The position numbers were made by a program, and so were the translations under genes. Positions 61,901 to 64,000 of a stretch of DNA of 64,000 nt are shown here, piece by piece. The notes below the pieces were generated by a model. The model ran no database searches and had not been told where the DNA came from. It saw nothing but the letters and a program-made list of their open reading frames with translations. Positions within the stretch are counted from its first letter, which is position 1. The number at the start of each line of letters is the position of its first letter. Source of the stretch: Leptogorgia sarmentosa (taxonomy: Eukaryota); NCBI GenBank assembly GCA_964658305.1, contig OZ210885.1:9858001-9922000 (forward strand), in the 5' to 3' direction.

Positions 61901-63533
61901 GGTCGCAGTCAGAGCAATTCAACATAGCTAAACAAAAAATAAATCAAACAAATTTATTTCAACTCAATATAAACGTTTGGAGGAACCTTTCCTTTGAGGA
62001 AGCCATTTGTATTTTTCACAATTTTCCCGCTTTTGGCATATGCAGAATAAATTAGTCGACGTCATAATGTCGTATAATTTTCAATATACGACATAATTAC
62101 GTCATAATGTCGTATATGAGGATTTATTGCACTGCTCTTAACCAATCAAAACTCTTGAATTATTTGAAATAAATAATAATTAACAGTTATTCTGCGAACT
62201 CGAGTCGTATATAGTATTTCGGCAATTTCAGAATTATTTCAGAATCTTATTAAAATAAATGCACAATATACCTTCCTTTAGAACTTAGTTAAGATTTCGT
62301 TGAAATCCAGCATAAAATAAGGACAATATACTCATTTAAATTGTTAGCTACACGTTCGTTATATTTATAGTTCACAAATCGCAATGACTGCGGCCAAAGT
62401 AAAATGTGCTTGACTAAAACAACAAAGGCTCCGACGTCAAATTATCCATAAACCTACACCGATGTACCTATTTATCAAGAAGCAAGTTTGTAACATCGTC
62501 GACGACAAAAGACACGCACATTTTAAGACTCCGCTGCACGGCTACGTCTACGCAGGGAGGTTAAAAAGGCTTTCTTAGGGCCTGTTTATATGATCCCACT
62601 CACCCGGGATTCAATGAAGCGCAAAATGATTTTGAGGTATTGAAATGAGTCATAATTTATGATTTGAAAAATGCTAAACTGCTGGTTGCTCAAGATTTTG
62701 TTCTGCTGAAATAACAAACAGACAAAATGTTGTTGGGCATCAATTTTTGTAAAATATATGTTTTTTGTTGATTTTTACTAAAAGTGTCCTAACTTTGGTT
62801 GTTTCGTTTCATGAACGTTACTCATTTCAATACCTCAAAATCATTTGACGCTTCATTGAATCCCGGTTAAGAGGGATCATATAAACAAGTCATTACAGGG
62901 GAAGTTTGACTTTGCGTGCTGTACGTCACATGTAGGCTCTATGTTGATCACATTTAAAGTGTGCTGCGCTGTAATCTTAGAGGTCACTGATATAATGAAT
63001 GGCCTCAAGTCTCGCCCGGTGACGCCTTGCATCACAGTAGTAATAAATAATTTAATAACACAACATTGTCACGACCCTTTATTACGCGTTTGGTGGAGTT
63101 ATCCTGGGCGTTGTAGATCATGACAACAATTCTATTTTTGCAGCATGTGCGCATGCTAAAGTTTTTCTTCTAGTTTTCCAATGTTATTCACTCGAACCCT
63201 TCAGCTAATACTCGATGAATTACGCGAGCACACCTTGTGCAATTGAGATTAGAAAATAAAATAATAACAGTTAAATTATTTACCTAATATAGCCACAAGG
63301 TTGCAAGAATTGTTAATCCTTAAAACTTTCTCAGTGTTGAAAAGATTGATGCTTTGTTGCTCGTCGCCGTTCAAGTTCCACTTTGTGACTTTCTCTCCAG
63401 CTGTACCATCAATATATTCGAACGGATAAACACAAAAAAGGGAGTTCTGGACCACGCGCATTGTTTCAATTCTCTCCATTATAAGCACATCTTCGTAACT
63501 ATGCACGACTCCGTTTGCATTTATCCGATCAAT
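58973..63533 (-). CDS. Last two coding exons (63284-63533 and 58973-59274) of a WD40/beta-propeller protein that begins beyond the window
   Basis: Phase-1 splice TTA G|GT CGT joins in frame; WD repeat LLLSCSKFDRTLKLWKL..VCVGLEGGRICFL, a C terminus typical of NACHT-WD40 proteins. Confidence 0.8.
60830..61170 (+). mobile_element. 3' fragment of a CRE-like (restriction-endonuclease type) non-LTR retrotransposon with A-rich tail, inside the WD40 intron
   Basis: FLKQLAQKLSEK..YSIVMAWLRTRISFEILRCVHASVRGTR; A-run at ~61162-61183. Confidence 0.6.
61637..61761. repeat. Imperfect palindrome of a dispersed repeat
   Basis: AAACAATTATTGAAT..AATTATTCAGGCC pairs with GGCCTGAATAATT..ATTCAATAATTGTTT. Confidence 0.8.
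62578..62892. mobile_element. Harbinger-type MITE
   Basis: ~70-bp TIRs starting GGGCCTGTTTATATGATCCC; TTA on both sides. Confidence 0.85.
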
Positions 63534-64000
63534 CTGTCAAAATAATCAAACCACTGCTCAATATAACGTCGGTTCCATAGACAAACTACAATTCAGTGGA
63601 ATATCTGTATATTTTGAAAAGTTGACGTCTTATATGTCGTAAAGCAAACTACGTACAAGCTCTTTTATACCTATCTATGGTTGTCATGGGATCCTTAATG
63701 CAGCGCCGGATTAACCCGTCATTGGGCCGGGGACAAACAAAAAGTAAAGGACCGTAATTTGGTGAATATGAAAACATGAAACATATATGTAATCAAATTG
63801 AAAGTCTTGCCCATTGTATAGTCAAGAACTATAATATGCATGAACATAGGGAATAGCATTTTAACGTGAAAGTGGCATTTACCACAGCGACATTAACTTA
63901 AGTGAGTCTAGTATTTCGTGTTCAATGCTAAGTATAAGCGTACGTGGTAAATTTTTTCAGAGGGGGGCAGAAAGTTTATCTTTGCCCGAATTTGAGGGTA

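Overview
AT-rich animal genomic DNA with spliceosomal introns and dense repeats. The repeat and protein content suggests a cnidarian, probably an anthozoan (inference). In order, the window holds: (1) 1.3-5.6 kb, minus-strand exons including a HEPN-like (RNxxAH) N-terminal domain; (2) 7-11 kb, an old local duplication with a hAT MITE in only one copy; (3) 12.4-16.5 kb, two minisatellites bracketing a five-exon decayed gene with a ParB/sulfiredoxin-like domain followed by a methyltransferase-like motif; (4) 16.8-18.45 kb, a 5'-truncated Penelope-like element with a minimal hammerhead ribozyme; (5) 18.46-21.13 kb, an intronless, frameshifted gene joining a sugar-phosphate/nucleotide-sugar transporter, a GT32-like segment and a polysaccharide pyruvyltransferase, cut at its 3' end by (6) a CR1/L2 LINE; (7) 23-28.6 kb, relics of hAT, CACTA-like and tyrosine-recombinase elements; (8) 29.7-56.4 kb, a shuffled array of about 60 tRNA genes, pseudogenes and fragments for 12 amino acids, invaded by an apparently intact PIF/Harbinger transposon and several MITEs; (9) 58-63.5 kb, the last two coding exons of a minus-strand WD40-type gene. 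All calls were made by eye; no database searches were run.
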